A stretch of 64,000 nucleotides of DNA from positions 304,437-368,436 of the IMG/VR virus record IMGVR_UViG_3300031414_000001; one strand, 5' to 3'. This DNA comes from a virus (Duplodnaviria > Heunggongvirae > Uroviricota > Caudoviricetes). Below the pieces are notes generated by a model. It had not been told where the DNA came from. It did no database searches and worked only from the letters and a program-made list of their open reading frames with translations. Of the stretch, positions 29,458 through 38,035 are shown piece after piece. The position numbers and the translations under genes are program-made. The first letter of the stretch is position 1; each line of letters begins with the position of its first letter.

Positions 29458-29937
29458 TCAGGTTTCATCGTCGTCCTCGATAGGTTTATTTAGATCAACT
29501 TCAACACCAGCAGTTAACTCCTTAATGTGATTCCACATTTCAGTACTAACTGGTACTAAGTTTTCAGGATGTTCATCAATATCTTTGGATAAGAAATCCA
29601 GGAATTGTTCTTCATAATTACCCAAGCATTCTTTAGGAAGTCTAGAATCAATGGCAATTACATGTTTGTAAACATCATATTTCTTCTCATAACCCCAAAT
29701 TATAGAGGGTGGTTCAACAACAGTACTTAGTACTTGAATGGTGTCATCAATTAGGTTTAACTCTACAGCGTCAAGAAAATCTTCATAAGATAAATTCTCA
29801 ACATAATATCGAGTACTTTCATCCTCACTAAACAAAAACAAGCCTCTCCCATATCCTCTAGGGAAACTTCCAGAAAAACCTGTCATTGTTGGGGTATGTG
29901 ATTTCTTTGTAGATATAAATTCTAAAAAATGTTCCAT
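29458..29937 (-). CDS. hypothetical protein
   Basis: ORF. Confidence 0.7.
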   Translation of the reverse strand: MEHFLEFISTKKSHTPTMTGFSGSFPRGYGRGLFLFSEDESTRYYVENLSYEDFLDAVELNLIDDTIQVLSTVVEPPSIIWGYEKKYDVYKHVIAIDSRLPKECLGNYEEQFLDFLSKDIDEHPENLVPVSTEMWNHIKELTAGVEVDLNKPIEDDDET

Positions 29938-29957
29938 AAGAGTACCTTAAAAGTTAG

Positions 29958-30030
29958 TACACCGTATCCGGCTTGAACGGATGACCTCGGAGTTAAAAGC
30001 TCCTTGCTCTACCAACTGAGCTAACGGTGC
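29958..30030 (-). tRNA. trnK: tRNA-Lys(UUU)
   Basis: cloverleaf, AGGAG-CTTTTAA-CTCCG. Confidence 0.92.
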
Positions 30031-30039
30031 ATAGTACTT

Positions 30040-30113
30040 AATAGTAGGAGGGATTCGAACCACACATTTTCCTAATCTGAATAGGGAATCGTTACCAATT
30101 GACTTACTACTAT
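30040..30113 (-). pseudogene. degenerate tRNA, CAG anticodon in class I body
   Basis: acceptor ATAGTAG/CTACTAT, TTCGAAT loop but mismatched T stem, no long variable arm. Confidence 0.6.
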
Positions 30114-30125
30114 TAAGTTCTGTTT

Positions 30126-30389
30126 TTATTTGTCGTCCAATTTCTTGAACATATCCAGAAGTTGTTCTGCTTTTTCATCAACAGTACCTTCTAGATGAAT
30201 GGTCTTAGCGTTAAGATTCAATAACGCAGCAACTTGTTCAGGATTAACATTATCGAATTCATCAATAATGATAACACCTTTAGGGTCGCCATGAATAACT
30301 CCACGCTGAATGAAATCATCATCGACATTCATTGATTGTTCAATGAAGTCTTCAAGACCTTTATTCTTTTGTGGTTCCATCTTGACCAT
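30126..30389 (-). CDS. hypothetical protein
   Basis: ORF; IIIDEFD. Confidence 0.7.
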   Translation of the reverse strand: MVKMEPQKNKGLEDFIEQSMNVDDDFIQRGVIHGDPKGVIIIDEFDNVNPEQVAALLNLNAKTIHLEGTVDEKAEQLLDMFKKLDDK

Positions 30390-30549
30390 CCTTTGTGAGT
30401 GATTTTACTCGACTGATACCTAAATTTTTACCACAATCTTTACAGATGCGTTGATATTCAAGTTCTGTAAGATTCGGTTTATAATGAATTTTACAAACTT
30501 CCATACTGACATAATGCCCACATAATAGCTGCTTGAAAAACTTCATCAT
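30361..30549 (-). CDS. small Cys/His protein
   Basis: LCGH...CKDCG. Confidence 0.65.
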   Translation of the reverse strand: MMKFFKQLLCGHYVSMEVCKIHYKPNLTELEYQRICKDCGKNLGISRVKSLTKDGQDGTTKE

Positions 30550-30552
30550 AAA

Positions 30553-30756
30553 TTAAGGCTCAAGTATATCCAATAGTTCATCAGGGTAGTCTAAGCTACA
30601 TGCTATAATACCTTCAACGAATTCACCATTTTCAGGATCAACAGCAGTACCTTTAAACAATTGAAATTCTTCTTCCGGTTCTGAACCAGAAATATCTTTT
30701 ACTTCATAACCTGCCATTTTAGCAAGTTGTTCGATTTGCTTACGATTTAAAATCAT
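30553..30756 (-). CDS. hypothetical protein
   Basis: ORF. Confidence 0.7.
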   Translation of the reverse strand: MILNRKQIEQLAKMAGYEVKDISGSEPEEEFQLFKGTAVDPENGEFVEGIIACSLDYPDELLDILEP

Positions 30757-30801
30757 AACTTTCCTTATTAGGGGAACCGGAGTTCCCCACGTAGACGATT
30801 A

Positions 30802-31266
30802 TTAAGCGTCTTTAGATTCCTTCACTGGATCATTCAAATGCTTATGAATAGCATCCTGGAGTGAATAACCTTGATAACGACGCTTGCCTACATACACGTC
30901 ATGGGAAACCCAATTGGCTGGCGTACCAGTACTTGTTTCCCATTTCAGCGGAGTTGGAACCAGACGCACTTCATTAGTAATGATGAAGTCCAGAATCGCC
31001 GCAGCAGAAAGCTGATGGGAAGCAGTTGACATGTCAAAGATTTTCGCTTCGTAGATTTCCGTAGTATCTACGCTTTTACAATAACACTGGAAAGTAACTT
31101 CACCTTCCGCATTACGAGTTGTTGTAGTTTGTGCCGACAGAATAGCAGAAACTTGTTCGTTTGCTTCTTTCTGAGAGGCCGAGAGAATCGTAACGGGCGT
31201 GTCTTCCACACGATTCTCAAGAGGCCACAGACTTACTAAGTTGATAGTACTTTTAATCTTGCTCAT
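30802..31266 (-). CDS. hypothetical protein
   Basis: ORF between promoter and terminator. Confidence 0.8.
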   Translation of the reverse strand: MSKIKSTINLVSLWPLENRVEDTPVTILSASQKEANEQVSAILSAQTTTTRNAEGEVTFQCYCKSVDTTEIYEAKIFDMSTASHQLSAAAILDFIITNEVRLVPTPLKWETSTGTPANWVSHDVYVGKRRYQGYSLQDAIHKHLNDPVKESKDA

Positions 31267-31345
31267 TTTCCGGTTCCCATTATTGAATTAACGGCGGTAG
31301 TGTAACATACAGGCCGCAGCCTGTCAAGGACATTTTAAAAGTAAT

Positions 31346-31422
31346 TGGTGTACCCAGCGAGATTCGAACTCGCGACCTTCGGACTTTCAAACCGACGCTC
31401 TAACCAACTGAGCTACAGGTAC
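31346..31422 (-). tRNA. trnF: tRNA-Phe(GAA)
   Basis: cloverleaf with CCA; U31.U39 mismatch, G38. Confidence 0.88.
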
Positions 31423-31459
31423 AGATTAGCACAATTTTAAACGTTGTGCAACCGTTTTG

Positions 31460-31534
31460 TGTGGCTGGAGAGATTCGAACTCTCGTCATCTGCGTCACAG
31501 GCAGGAACATTAACCAACTATGCTTACAACCACC
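31460..31534 (-). tRNA. trnH: tRNA-His(GUG)
   Basis: cloverleaf, anticodon GTG, G-1 encoded. Confidence 0.9.
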
Positions 31535-31539
31535 ACTGA

Positions 31540-31923
31540 TTATTCGATTATTTCAGCATATGGCATGAACGGAAATTCAGTACCATCATCTAAATGATGT
31601 GCTTCTTTTTCAGTACTTCCCCAATCGTACAGGAACATACCATCAACCCACATTGCTTCTTGAACATCTCCGAATACTTTATACCAACGAGCTTGTTTCA
31701 TCTCATGCTTAGGTATAACTCGGAAACCAGGAACTTCAGCAATTGGCTCAAATACATCATGAACATTATCATCTTCTGGATGTTTAATCGTCATGTTATA
31801 TTCATCACCGTACCATTCAGTTTTAATGAAATGGAATTTATATCCATCCCATACAGCTTCTGAAGTACTGCGTGATTTACCAATGTACTTAACACCAGGT
31901 ACTAAATGACTTTTTGGAATCAT
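31540..31923 (-). CDS. hypothetical protein with internal duplication
   Basis: two similar halves ending HPEDD..FEPIAE and HLDDG..FMPYAE. Confidence 0.75.
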   Translation of the reverse strand: MIPKSHLVPGVKYIGKSRSTSEAVWDGYKFHFIKTEWYGDEYNMTIKHPEDDNVHDVFEPIAEVPGFRVIPKHEMKQARWYKVFGDVQEAMWVDGMFLYDWGSTEKEAHHLDDGTEFPFMPYAEIIE

Positions 31924-32234
31924 TTCTTTTTTGCCTTATGCTTAGCAATATTATTTTGAATCTCACCATAGTAAAGTACTTTACCACGTGGAGCATCATC
32001 TTTGTTATGACGAGTTCTGGCTGAACTAGTATGCTTATTACCAGCACCTAACTTATCACACCACCGCATCATTTCACGACATATCCAACCAATGTCAGAA
32101 CGTAGTTCACATGCCATTTCATCGCTGAATTTACCATTAACAAATAGTCTTGCATGCCAACGGTTCTTAATCTTAGTTACTTTAATATCAGTACTGGATT
32201 CAGTACTTAATAACATTTGTCTACTACGTTTCAT
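31920..32234 (-). CDS. hypothetical protein
   Basis: ORF. Confidence 0.7.
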   Translation of the reverse strand: MKRSRQMLLSTESSTDIKVTKIKNRWHARLFVNGKFSDEMACELRSDIGWICREMMRWCDKLGAGNKHTSSARTRHNKDDAPRGKVLYYGEIQNNIAKHKAKKK

Positions 32235-32793
32235 TAGTATTCTTCCAATTTAATACGTATTGATGTACTTGTTCTTCAATCAAATATTTAAAGTCACTAT
32301 GCATATATTGATGATGGGTAGGACATAAAGGAACTAAGTTTGCTGGATCATTGTTATGATGGTTTTCATCATAATGATGAACCGAAACTATATTTTCTTC
32401 TGAACATACAACACACTTTTTAGTATGATGATGGAAGCAAATAGTACGATATGTTTTAGTACTATTGTTATTCCCATCAGCTATTGCTTTTTGGTGGCTT
32501 CCATTGTTAATACCACTTCTAAAATATGTATTAGAACAAGAATGTGAACATGTCACTTTTGATTCAATTTTACGCTCCATGAATTCTTTATCACATACTG
32601 GACAAATTCTAAATTCATAAACTTTCATCTTGAATTCATAATCTAAATCAACATCTAATGCTGATAGTTTGCATTTAATGTCTCTTATCATTCTAGAATT
32701 AGGATTACGTGAATATCCAAGAGATTCATAAAAATCACCTTTTGTTTTACTTTCACTAATAATTTCTAGTATTTCTAATTTTGTCAAATCCAT
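32224..32793 (-). CDS. HNH homing endonuclease with Zn-finger, tRNA-associated
   Basis: CPVCDKEF..CSHSC; CVVC..VHHYDENHHNNDPANLVPLCPTHH; very AT-rich; directly 3' of tRNA-Pro. Confidence 0.85.
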   Translation of the reverse strand: MDLTKLEILEIISESKTKGDFYESLGYSRNPNSRMIRDIKCKLSALDVDLDYEFKMKVYEFRICPVCDKEFMERKIESKVTCSHSCSNTYFRSGINNGSHQKAIADGNNNSTKTYRTICFHHHTKKCVVCSEENIVSVHHYDENHHNNDPANLVPLCPTHHQYMHSDFKYLIEEQVHQYVLNWKNTNET

Positions 32794-32848
32794 TTGAAAA
32801 TCTCCATATCGTTTAAGATATTTATCATTTTCATTGGATTTGAATCTG

Positions 32849-32922
32849 TCGGAGTGGTAGGATTTGAACCCACGGCTTTTCCGCCCCAAACGGAACACTC
32901 TACCAAACTGAGCTACACTCCG
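32849..32922 (-). tRNA. trnP: tRNA-Pro(UGG) copy 1
   Basis: cloverleaf CGGAGTG/CACTCCG. Confidence 0.95.
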
Positions 32923-32934
32923 AAGTGTATTGTG

Positions 32935-33008
32935 TGCTTGTTACAAGATTCGAACTTGTGACTTCCACCGTGTAAAGATGGCACTCTAACCAACTGAGTT
33001 AAACAAGC
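32935..33008 (-). tRNA. trnV: tRNA-Val(UAC)
   Basis: cloverleaf, anticodon TAC. Confidence 0.95.
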
Positions 33009-33014
33009 AATTAG

Positions 33015-33089
33015 TCGGAATGATAGGACTCGAACCTACATAAACTCCTAGCCCCAAACTAGGCGGCTAACCAATTAGCCCACACTCCG
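33015..33089 (-). tRNA. trnP: tRNA-Pro(UGG) copy 2
   Basis: cloverleaf, CCTAG-TTTGGGG-CTAGG. Confidence 0.92.
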
Positions 33090-33125
33090 ATTATAGCACA
33101 ATTTCTTGTGCCGTTTCATTTTATT

Positions 33126-33560
33126 TTAAGCTGTTTCTTCAGCTTCTTCTTCAGTACCGTACAACTCACTAAGTTTACGTAGGTACTTAATATAACGATG
33201 TTCTAAGAATCCCAAATCGTATTGAGTACTAATCTGGAACATCCATTCTGGACCAACATCATAGTCCAAGTTGAATTCATATTCAGAACCCCAATTGGAT
33301 TCAGTTGAACTTTTAGCTTCTCTATAATGACGACCTACCCAAACACTCATATGATCATTATGACAAGTAACTATTGTTCTTGAATCATCCTGGTCTACAG
33401 TGATAGCTAGTTGGTCTATCATATTCGCTTCAATTGAAAAGGTATTACCTTGTAAAAGAACTGCTTTTTGAACGTACAGGAAATCATAAATTGTATCTCT
33501 GTCTTGCTCACTTACTTCAGTATAGACTTTAAATTTCTGTACTAATGTCCTTGCTGCCAT
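33126..33560 (-). CDS. hypothetical protein, EExxFQxxT family
   Basis: GPEWMFQISTQYD. Confidence 0.75.
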   Translation of the reverse strand: MAARTLVQKFKVYTEVSEQDRDTIYDFLYVQKAVLLQGNTFSIEANMIDQLAITVDQDDSRTIVTCHNDHMSVWVGRHYREAKSSTESNWGSEYEFNLDYDVGPEWMFQISTQYDLGFLEHRYIKYLRKLSELYGTEEEAEETA

Positions 33561-33591
33561 TTACTGCTCCAAATAAAAAAGGAGAGCACCC

Positions 33592-33960
33592 TTAAGGGAA
33601 CTCTCCTATCAAAAATTCATAGATTTGTTTAAGTAGCATGATTTCATCGAATGTTAGATCGTAATAATCATGTACAGTACTTTGCTGAAAGAATGATTCT
33701 TCTGAATGTACTTTATCTATGTATCGGGGAGTTCCATCGAAATACACATATTGTGTGTTAAAACAAAACCCCGTATCATGGATATAAGCGTACTTTCGGA
33801 AGTACTCATATGTGAAGTACGAACTACAGTACTCAATGCCTACTTTCTGACATATATCTAGTACGTAATGTATCTTCGTCCATTGTTCGGAGGAAGGAAA
33901 ATCTCTTTTATCAGGATAATCCTTCCAACTTTCATCATGCATTCTCTTTCTCGGTAGCAA
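33592..33960 (-). CDS. hypothetical protein, EExxFQxxT family
   Basis: SEESFFQQSTVHD. Confidence 0.75.
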   Translation of the reverse strand: MLPRKRMHDESWKDYPDKRDFPSSEQWTKIHYVLDICQKVGIEYCSSYFTYEYFRKYAYIHDTGFCFNTQYVYFDGTPRYIDKVHSEESFFQQSTVHDYYDLTFDEIMLLKQIYEFLIGEFP

Positions 33961-34153
33961 TCATTTCTAAGTGCTTACGAATCCAACGCATGAAGAATGT
34001 GGCTTTGTCTTCATTTTTAAATTCTGCGTTACCAGTATCAGCTACGGGAACGGGGAACATAAAGCCACATTCAGTAGTATACCATAACTCATTTTCTTTA
34101 TAATGGCTAAAATAGACTTTTTTGTCTTTAACCATGTCTTTCAATGTTTTCAT
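33935..34153 (-). CDS. hypothetical protein
   Basis: start corrected to ATG 34153. Confidence 0.7.
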   Translation of the reverse strand: MKTLKDMVKDKKVYFSHYKENELWYTTECGFMFPVPVADTGNAEFKNEDKATFFMRWIRKHLEMIATEKENA

Positions 34154-34170
34154 TTCGTTAATCCTTAGAT

Positions 34171-34249
34171 TGGTGTTCATGGCAGGACTCGAACCTGCGA
34201 CCCTTTGTTTCGTAGACAAATGCTCTAATTCCAACTGAGCTACACAAAC
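34171..34249 (-). tRNA. trnR: tRNA-Arg(ACG)
   Basis: cloverleaf with CCA, anticodon ACG. Confidence 0.92.
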
Positions 34250-34271
34250 AATTTATTTTTACTTTACTTCT

Positions 34272-34402
34272 TATCGGTGTACTTTCGTACTCAATACCCT
34301 TGCGGATCTGCCCGTCCGAAGACGAGGGCTTGACGTTTTACAGTACTGGACTAACCTTTTTACAGGAAACGGAGGGCGATATTTCTATCCAAGTAACCCC
34401 TC
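34272..34402 (-). ncRNA. candidate ~130-nt multi-hairpin RNA
   Basis: GATA-GAAA-TATC, CGTC-TTCG-GACG, CC-GCAA-GG and GTAC-GAAA-GTAC tetraloop hairpins in an intergenic gap. Confidence 0.5.
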
Positions 34403-34410
34403 TTTTTTAT

Positions 34411-34569
34411 TTATACAATTTCAGTTATTTCAATGTAATCGGAATCACTAATAGCACCCATTACCTGATATTTCTTTCCATTGTACAAATAGACTTCATC
34501 CCAAAGATGAAGTGACGAACCTGATGAAATCATTTCACCGTGTTCTTGTAACTCTTGATACGATACCAT
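34411..34569 (-). CDS. small hypothetical protein (52 aa)
   Basis: MVSYQELQEHGEMISSGSSLHLWDEVY..., read manually. Confidence 0.65.
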   Translation of the reverse strand: MVSYQELQEHGEMISSGSSLHLWDEVYLYNGKKYQVMGAISDSDYIEITEIV

Positions 34570-34800
34570 TTATTTAGTCTCAAAGGTATCAGTACTTTTC
34601 AGTACGCATTGATGCGTCATCAAACCAAAATCACCATATTGGGTTGTTACCTTATTACGGCACTCTTTTTCAATAAGATGATTCAGTACTGCTTGATTGT
34701 TGGCTGTCAGTACTACAGTGTCTTCGCGAGAAGATTCACCATCGTATGAATACCAAGTATGTTCAAAAATTAATACTGCTTTATGCATTTGGATTTCCAC
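34570..34800 (-). CDS. hypothetical protein
   Basis: ORF. Confidence 0.65.
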   Translation of the reverse strand: MEIQMHKAVLIFEHTWYSYDGESSREDTVVLTANNQAVLNHLIEKECRNKVTTQYGDFGLMTHQCVLKSTDTFETK

Positions 34801-35062
34801 ACATCAAGCCAACACTTTGTTCTAAACGTGCGGCTTTTTCAGCATCCCATTCGGGATAAGTTTCTTTATGTCGCCACGTCATTGTATGAATGATTTCGGC
34901 TTCAGTCCATAGACCGCCTTTATACTTACGGCGACCAAGACCACGAGAACGCATTAATATGCTTTTCTTTACCATGTTACGATAACGGTGATTGTTTTGA
35001 ACATGTTCACCAGATGATGCCATTACAGCATCAAAGATACGCTTTTTTGCTTTCTTATTCAT
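34781..35062 (-). CDS. basic hypothetical protein
   Basis: start corrected to ATG 35062. Confidence 0.7.
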   Translation of the reverse strand: MNKKAKKRIFDAVMASSGEHVQNNHRYRNMVKKSILMRSRGLGRRKYKGGLWTEAEIIHTMTWRHKETYPEWDAEKAARLEQSVGLMCGNPNA

Positions 35063-35080
35063 AAGTTTCCTTATAATTAG

Positions 35081-35152
35081 CGGAACCAGCGGGAATCGAA
35101 CCCGCCCCACTCCCGTGACAGGGGAGTATCCTAACCGATAAACGATGGCTCC
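35081..35152 (-). tRNA. trnD: tRNA-Asp(GUC)
   Basis: cloverleaf GGAGCCA/TGGTTCC, G73. Confidence 0.95.
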
Positions 35153-35160
35153 AACAGATA

Positions 35161-35376
35161 TTATAACCTGTTCATGGCAATAATATCAAAATATGTTTCT
35201 GGCATGTTATGTAGTTCTTTTAAGATATTTTGAACTTCAAAAATGTCAGTTAATTCTTCATCAGTACTGATGATTGTGGAATCAGTTTCTTTGACATGTT
35301 CGCCTGAACTGTCTTCCCAATACGCCCCACGCCTGAAATATGTGTATTCATAACGTACAAAGTACTTAAACATCAT
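35161..35376 (-). CDS. hypothetical protein
   Basis: ORF. Confidence 0.7.
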   Translation of the reverse strand: MMFKYFVRYEYTYFRRGAYWEDSSGEHVKETDSTIISTDEELTDIFEVQNILKELHNMPETYFDIIAMNRL

Positions 35377-35882
35377 TTCCCCTTAAACACGTCGCGTGTA
35401 GCATCGCGTTCTTCGTTCACAACGATATGTGACTTAGTAGCCATAACACCCTGAATGTAACCTAACCAACGATGTTTCTTTGTTTCAGACATATCAGGTT
35501 TAGATAATTCAGTTAACATCCACGCTAAATGACTATCAGTAAGTGCCTCATTTGAATTTTCAACTGGTTCACAATTTAATAGATCAAAGTAACGTTGGCG
35601 AAGTTCAGGATAAAAATCACCATGAATTGGTTTACTTTCTTCCTGCATCTTTTTAAGCATATCAATCGAAATAAGTACTGAATTTGAATACAAAGAAGTA
35701 TCTAAACTATCTAATGTACCATTTAAGTACTGTTCAATTACAAATTTAGCACCAGCATGAATCTGTAATCTTCCACGTTCGATCAAATCAATCATGCGTT
35801 CTTTATCACGAATAAGAATATCGAACGCATAACGTGCTTGTGAGATTTCTGATGAAGTCATGTCACTCACCAAAGCGTTCAT
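35373..35882 (-). CDS. hypothetical protein
   Basis: ORF; HRWLGYIQG motif. Confidence 0.75.
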   Translation of the reverse strand: MNALVSDMTSSEISQARYAFDILIRDKERMIDLIERGRLQIHAGAKFVIEQYLNGTLDSLDTSLYSNSVLISIDMLKKMQEESKPIHGDFYPELRQRYFDLLNCEPVENSNEALTDSHLAWMLTELSKPDMSETKKHRWLGYIQGVMATKSHIVVNEERDATRDVFKGK

Positions 35883-36129
35883 TCAAACGACGCATTACAG
35901 CATCAATGAATTCAACTGCTTTTTCTGGTGGTAAATTATCAGGCAGTGTCATTCGAAACATACCTTCATCTTCACCAGCATCGATCATTTTCTGAACCAT
36001 TTCTTCAATCTGGTTCGCAAAATCTTCGATTGAAACTGGTTTAATACCAGCTTTTGCTTTCTCCATTTTGTCTACTTCTTTGAAGTAAGCGAAGTGCATA
36101 AACTCACGTGCCATATCAGTGTTCCTCAT
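35863..36129 (-). CDS. hypothetical protein
   Basis: ORF. Confidence 0.65.
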   Translation of the reverse strand: MRNTDMAREFMHFAYFKEVDKMEKAKAGIKPVSIEDFANQIEEMVQKMIDAGEDEGMFRMTLPDNLPPEKAVEFIDAVMRRLNERFGE

Positions 36130-36144
36130 TTTGAGAATAAAGAC

Positions 36145-36208
36145 TAGAATCTATTATTTTGGGTTTTCAAGATAAGTGAAATAAAATAGTGTTTGCTGTT
36201 AGATTCTA
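36145..36208 (-). ncRNA. CAGCAA-stem element, minimal
   Basis: TAGAATCTA/TAGATTCTA stem, ACAGCAAAC bulge, TTTCA-7nt-TGAAA hairpin. Confidence 0.75.
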
Positions 36209-36214
36209 AATTTG

Positions 36215-36541
36215 TTATTTGGTCTTAAGTTCTGCTACTACAGCAGCAACTAAGTCCGGTGTAAAATCAATGCCGAAAACTTCGGAATAATGTTTTACTG
36301 TACCTTCATAACCATGACGCTTTTCATTCAAGCGATAACGCAATTCCATAATCGCATTGTCATAGTTAAACCAAGGATTGTTTTGACTCGCATTCAAGCG
36401 ACCCCAATCAGTCAATGGTACGAAACCTTCATCAGCAGACTTACCCCGAAGAATATTATAGATAATATGCTCGTGTACAGTGTGCTCTTTTTCCAGTTTC
36501 CAGGTTGTTTTTACAGTAATGAATTGTTCTTTGGTCAACAT
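36215..36541 (-). CDS. hypothetical protein
   Basis: ORF with AAGGA RBS. Confidence 0.8.
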   Translation of the reverse strand: MLTKEQFITVKTTWKLEKEHTVHEHIIYNILRGKSADEGFVPLTDWGRLNASQNNPWFNYDNAIMELRYRLNEKRHGYEGTVKHYSEVFGIDFTPDLVAAVVAELKTK

Positions 36542-36660
36542 AGTATGTTCCTTTTGGATAGTAATTAATTTAGTGTTTTGTTCTGAATTAACTTTATCCG
36601 GTGGACCAGTACTGAATTTCTATAGCATCATAAGATTTACCTTTTGTTTGTTTATGTTAG

Positions 36661-36742
36661 AGCGGGATACAGGATTTGAACCTGCGTAAACTATTCGCCG
36701 CCTGCTTGGAAGGCAGGTGCTCTACCACTGAGCTAATCCCGC
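36661..36742 (-). tRNA. trnG: tRNA-Gly(UCC) with 15-nt variable region
   Basis: cloverleaf GCGGGAT/ATCCCGC, U73, anticodon TCC. Confidence 0.85.
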
Positions 36743-36890
36743 TAGGATGTACTGCCGCTCTCAGTACTGTATATACTTGATTATTACAATCTGACCTATA
36801 CAGGTGCATCGCGGTTCTCGTCATATAATTTTACAAGCTGGGAGAATCATTCAAGCTTGTTTCACACAGGAAGTAATGAAATCTTTAAAT

Positions 36891-36965
36891 TGGCAGGCCG
36901 GAGAGGGTTCGAACCTCTGATCCGAGAATCAAAATCTCGTGTGTTACCAATTACACCACCAGCCT
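36891..36965 (-). tRNA. trnQ: tRNA-Gln(UUG)
   Basis: cloverleaf with G73-CCA. Confidence 0.93.
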
Positions 36966-36969
36966 AATC

Positions 36970-37015
36970 AAGAATCTATATATTATTCAACCGTTTTACT
37001 TGCTGGAAGATTCTT
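36970..37015 (-). ncRNA. CAGCAA-stem element, minimal (46 nt)
   Basis: AAGAATCT/AGATTCTT stem with CAGCAA. Confidence 0.65.
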
Positions 37016-37062
37016 TGTAATATTTGGATTACATATTATTAAACCATCCAAATATCACTTTG

Positions 37063-37134
37063 CGGTAAAGGGGAATTTCGAAATCCCGACCATCTCCTTA
37101 ACAGGGAGCCGCTCTGCCTCTGAGCTACAATACC
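37063..37134 (-). tRNA. trnN: tRNA-Asn(GUU), mismatched acceptor stem
   Basis: anticodon loop CTGTTAA; two U.U pairs in acceptor stem. Confidence 0.75.
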
Positions 37135-37208
37135 AAGTTGTTGTTTTTCTTACTTATATTATACCACATTTTTTAGTGGCGTTTCATCTTTTTTTCAAAG
37201 AAATAGGC

Positions 37209-37270
37209 TGGAATCCATTTTGATTTTTCAATTAACAGTTGATTTCATTTATGGTTGCTGCTGGATTCCA
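37209..37270 (-). ncRNA. CAGCAA-stem element with Asn-like anticodon loop
   Basis: TGGAATCCA/TGGATTCCA; TCAA-CTGTTAA-TTGA. Confidence 0.75.
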
Positions 37271-37294
37271 AATTCGGTTTTATTCAATTAAAGC

Positions 37295-37349
37295 TAGAAT
37301 CTATTTTTGTTTTCTATATCCGAGAAGTTTTAATTGCTGGTAGATTCTA
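37295..37349 (-). ncRNA. CAGCAA-stem element, minimal
   Basis: TAGAATCTA/TAGATTCTA; TTCT-CGGATAT-AGAA. Confidence 0.75.
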
Positions 37350-37473
37350 AATGAGTACAAATTGAGTTTACAGAAGTCCTTCCAAGGGACTAATACGTAT
37401 TCTATTCTGACCTTAGTAGGATAACATGCTATCCGTGTCACACCATAGTACGCCTGGTGAATTTGATTAATAC

Positions 37474-37588
37474 TGGAATTTATTTCGTTTTAGGCGGCTG
37501 CTCTCCCAACTGAGCTACAGTACTAGTACTGACAGGACTCGAACCTGCGACATGCTGCGTGATAGAAAGTGTTTGCTGTTAAATTCCA
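37474..37588 (-). ncRNA. circularly permuted tRNA-like RNA (YrlA/Y-RNA-like) with CAGCAA stem
   Basis: order T arm, acceptor 3' strand CAGTACT, acceptor 5' strand AGTACTG, D arm, all enclosed by TGGAATTTA/TAAATTCCA. Confidence 0.85.
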
Positions 37589-37605
37589 AATTTGTTACTA
37601 ACGCA

Positions 37606-37746
37606 TTAACGTTTAGGTTGATGCGGGTTGTTACGATTCAAAGTTTCATAACTATGATCGTTACGGCGTGAATGATGTGGATTATTACGATTCAACGTTT
37701 CGTAACTATGGTCATTGCGTTTTGAACTATGAGCATTGCCTGACAT
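37606..37746 (-). CDS. 46-aa peptide with 18-aa tandem repeat
   Basis: RNDHSYETLNRNNPH twice; synonymous differences between DNA copies; AAGGTG RBS. Confidence 0.65.
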   Translation of the reverse strand: MSGNAHSSKRNDHSYETLNRNNPHHSRRNDHSYETLNRNNPHQPKR

Positions 37747-37756
37747 ATTATCACCT

Positions 37757-38017
37757 TTATAGTTGAAGGTAAGGATTATAGTTCGGATCACTGAATATGT
37801 CGTACTCTTTATGTTTACCATCCACAATAGTGTAGAAAGTAAAATTGACAGAGTTATATGATTTACGGTCATCTTCTAAGTATATTGAAGTACTAGAACC
37901 ACCGATATTCACACGATTCACAACATAATAATGATCAGAATCTAACGCTAATGCGTTTATTCTATCACTTTCGTAACCAGCGTTAAGCTCAGTTACTTTA
38001 GCATATAAAATATCCAT
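37757..38017 (-). CDS. hypothetical protein
   Basis: ORF. Confidence 0.75.
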   Translation of the reverse strand: MDILYAKVTELNAGYESDRINALALDSDHYYVVNRVNIGGSSTSIYLEDDRKSYNSVNFTFYTIVDGKHKEYDIFSDPNYNPYLQL

Positions 38018-38035
38018 ATCTTACCTAATTAATAC

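Noticed and set aside
34275-34293. Sarcin-ricin loop mimic (AGTACGAAAG)
   Set aside because: Forms a plain Watson-Crick GTAC-GAAA-GTAC hairpin without the bulged-G motif
37370-37453. Further tRNA-like sequence
   Set aside because: D-arm-like start but no acceptor pairing or T-loop consensus
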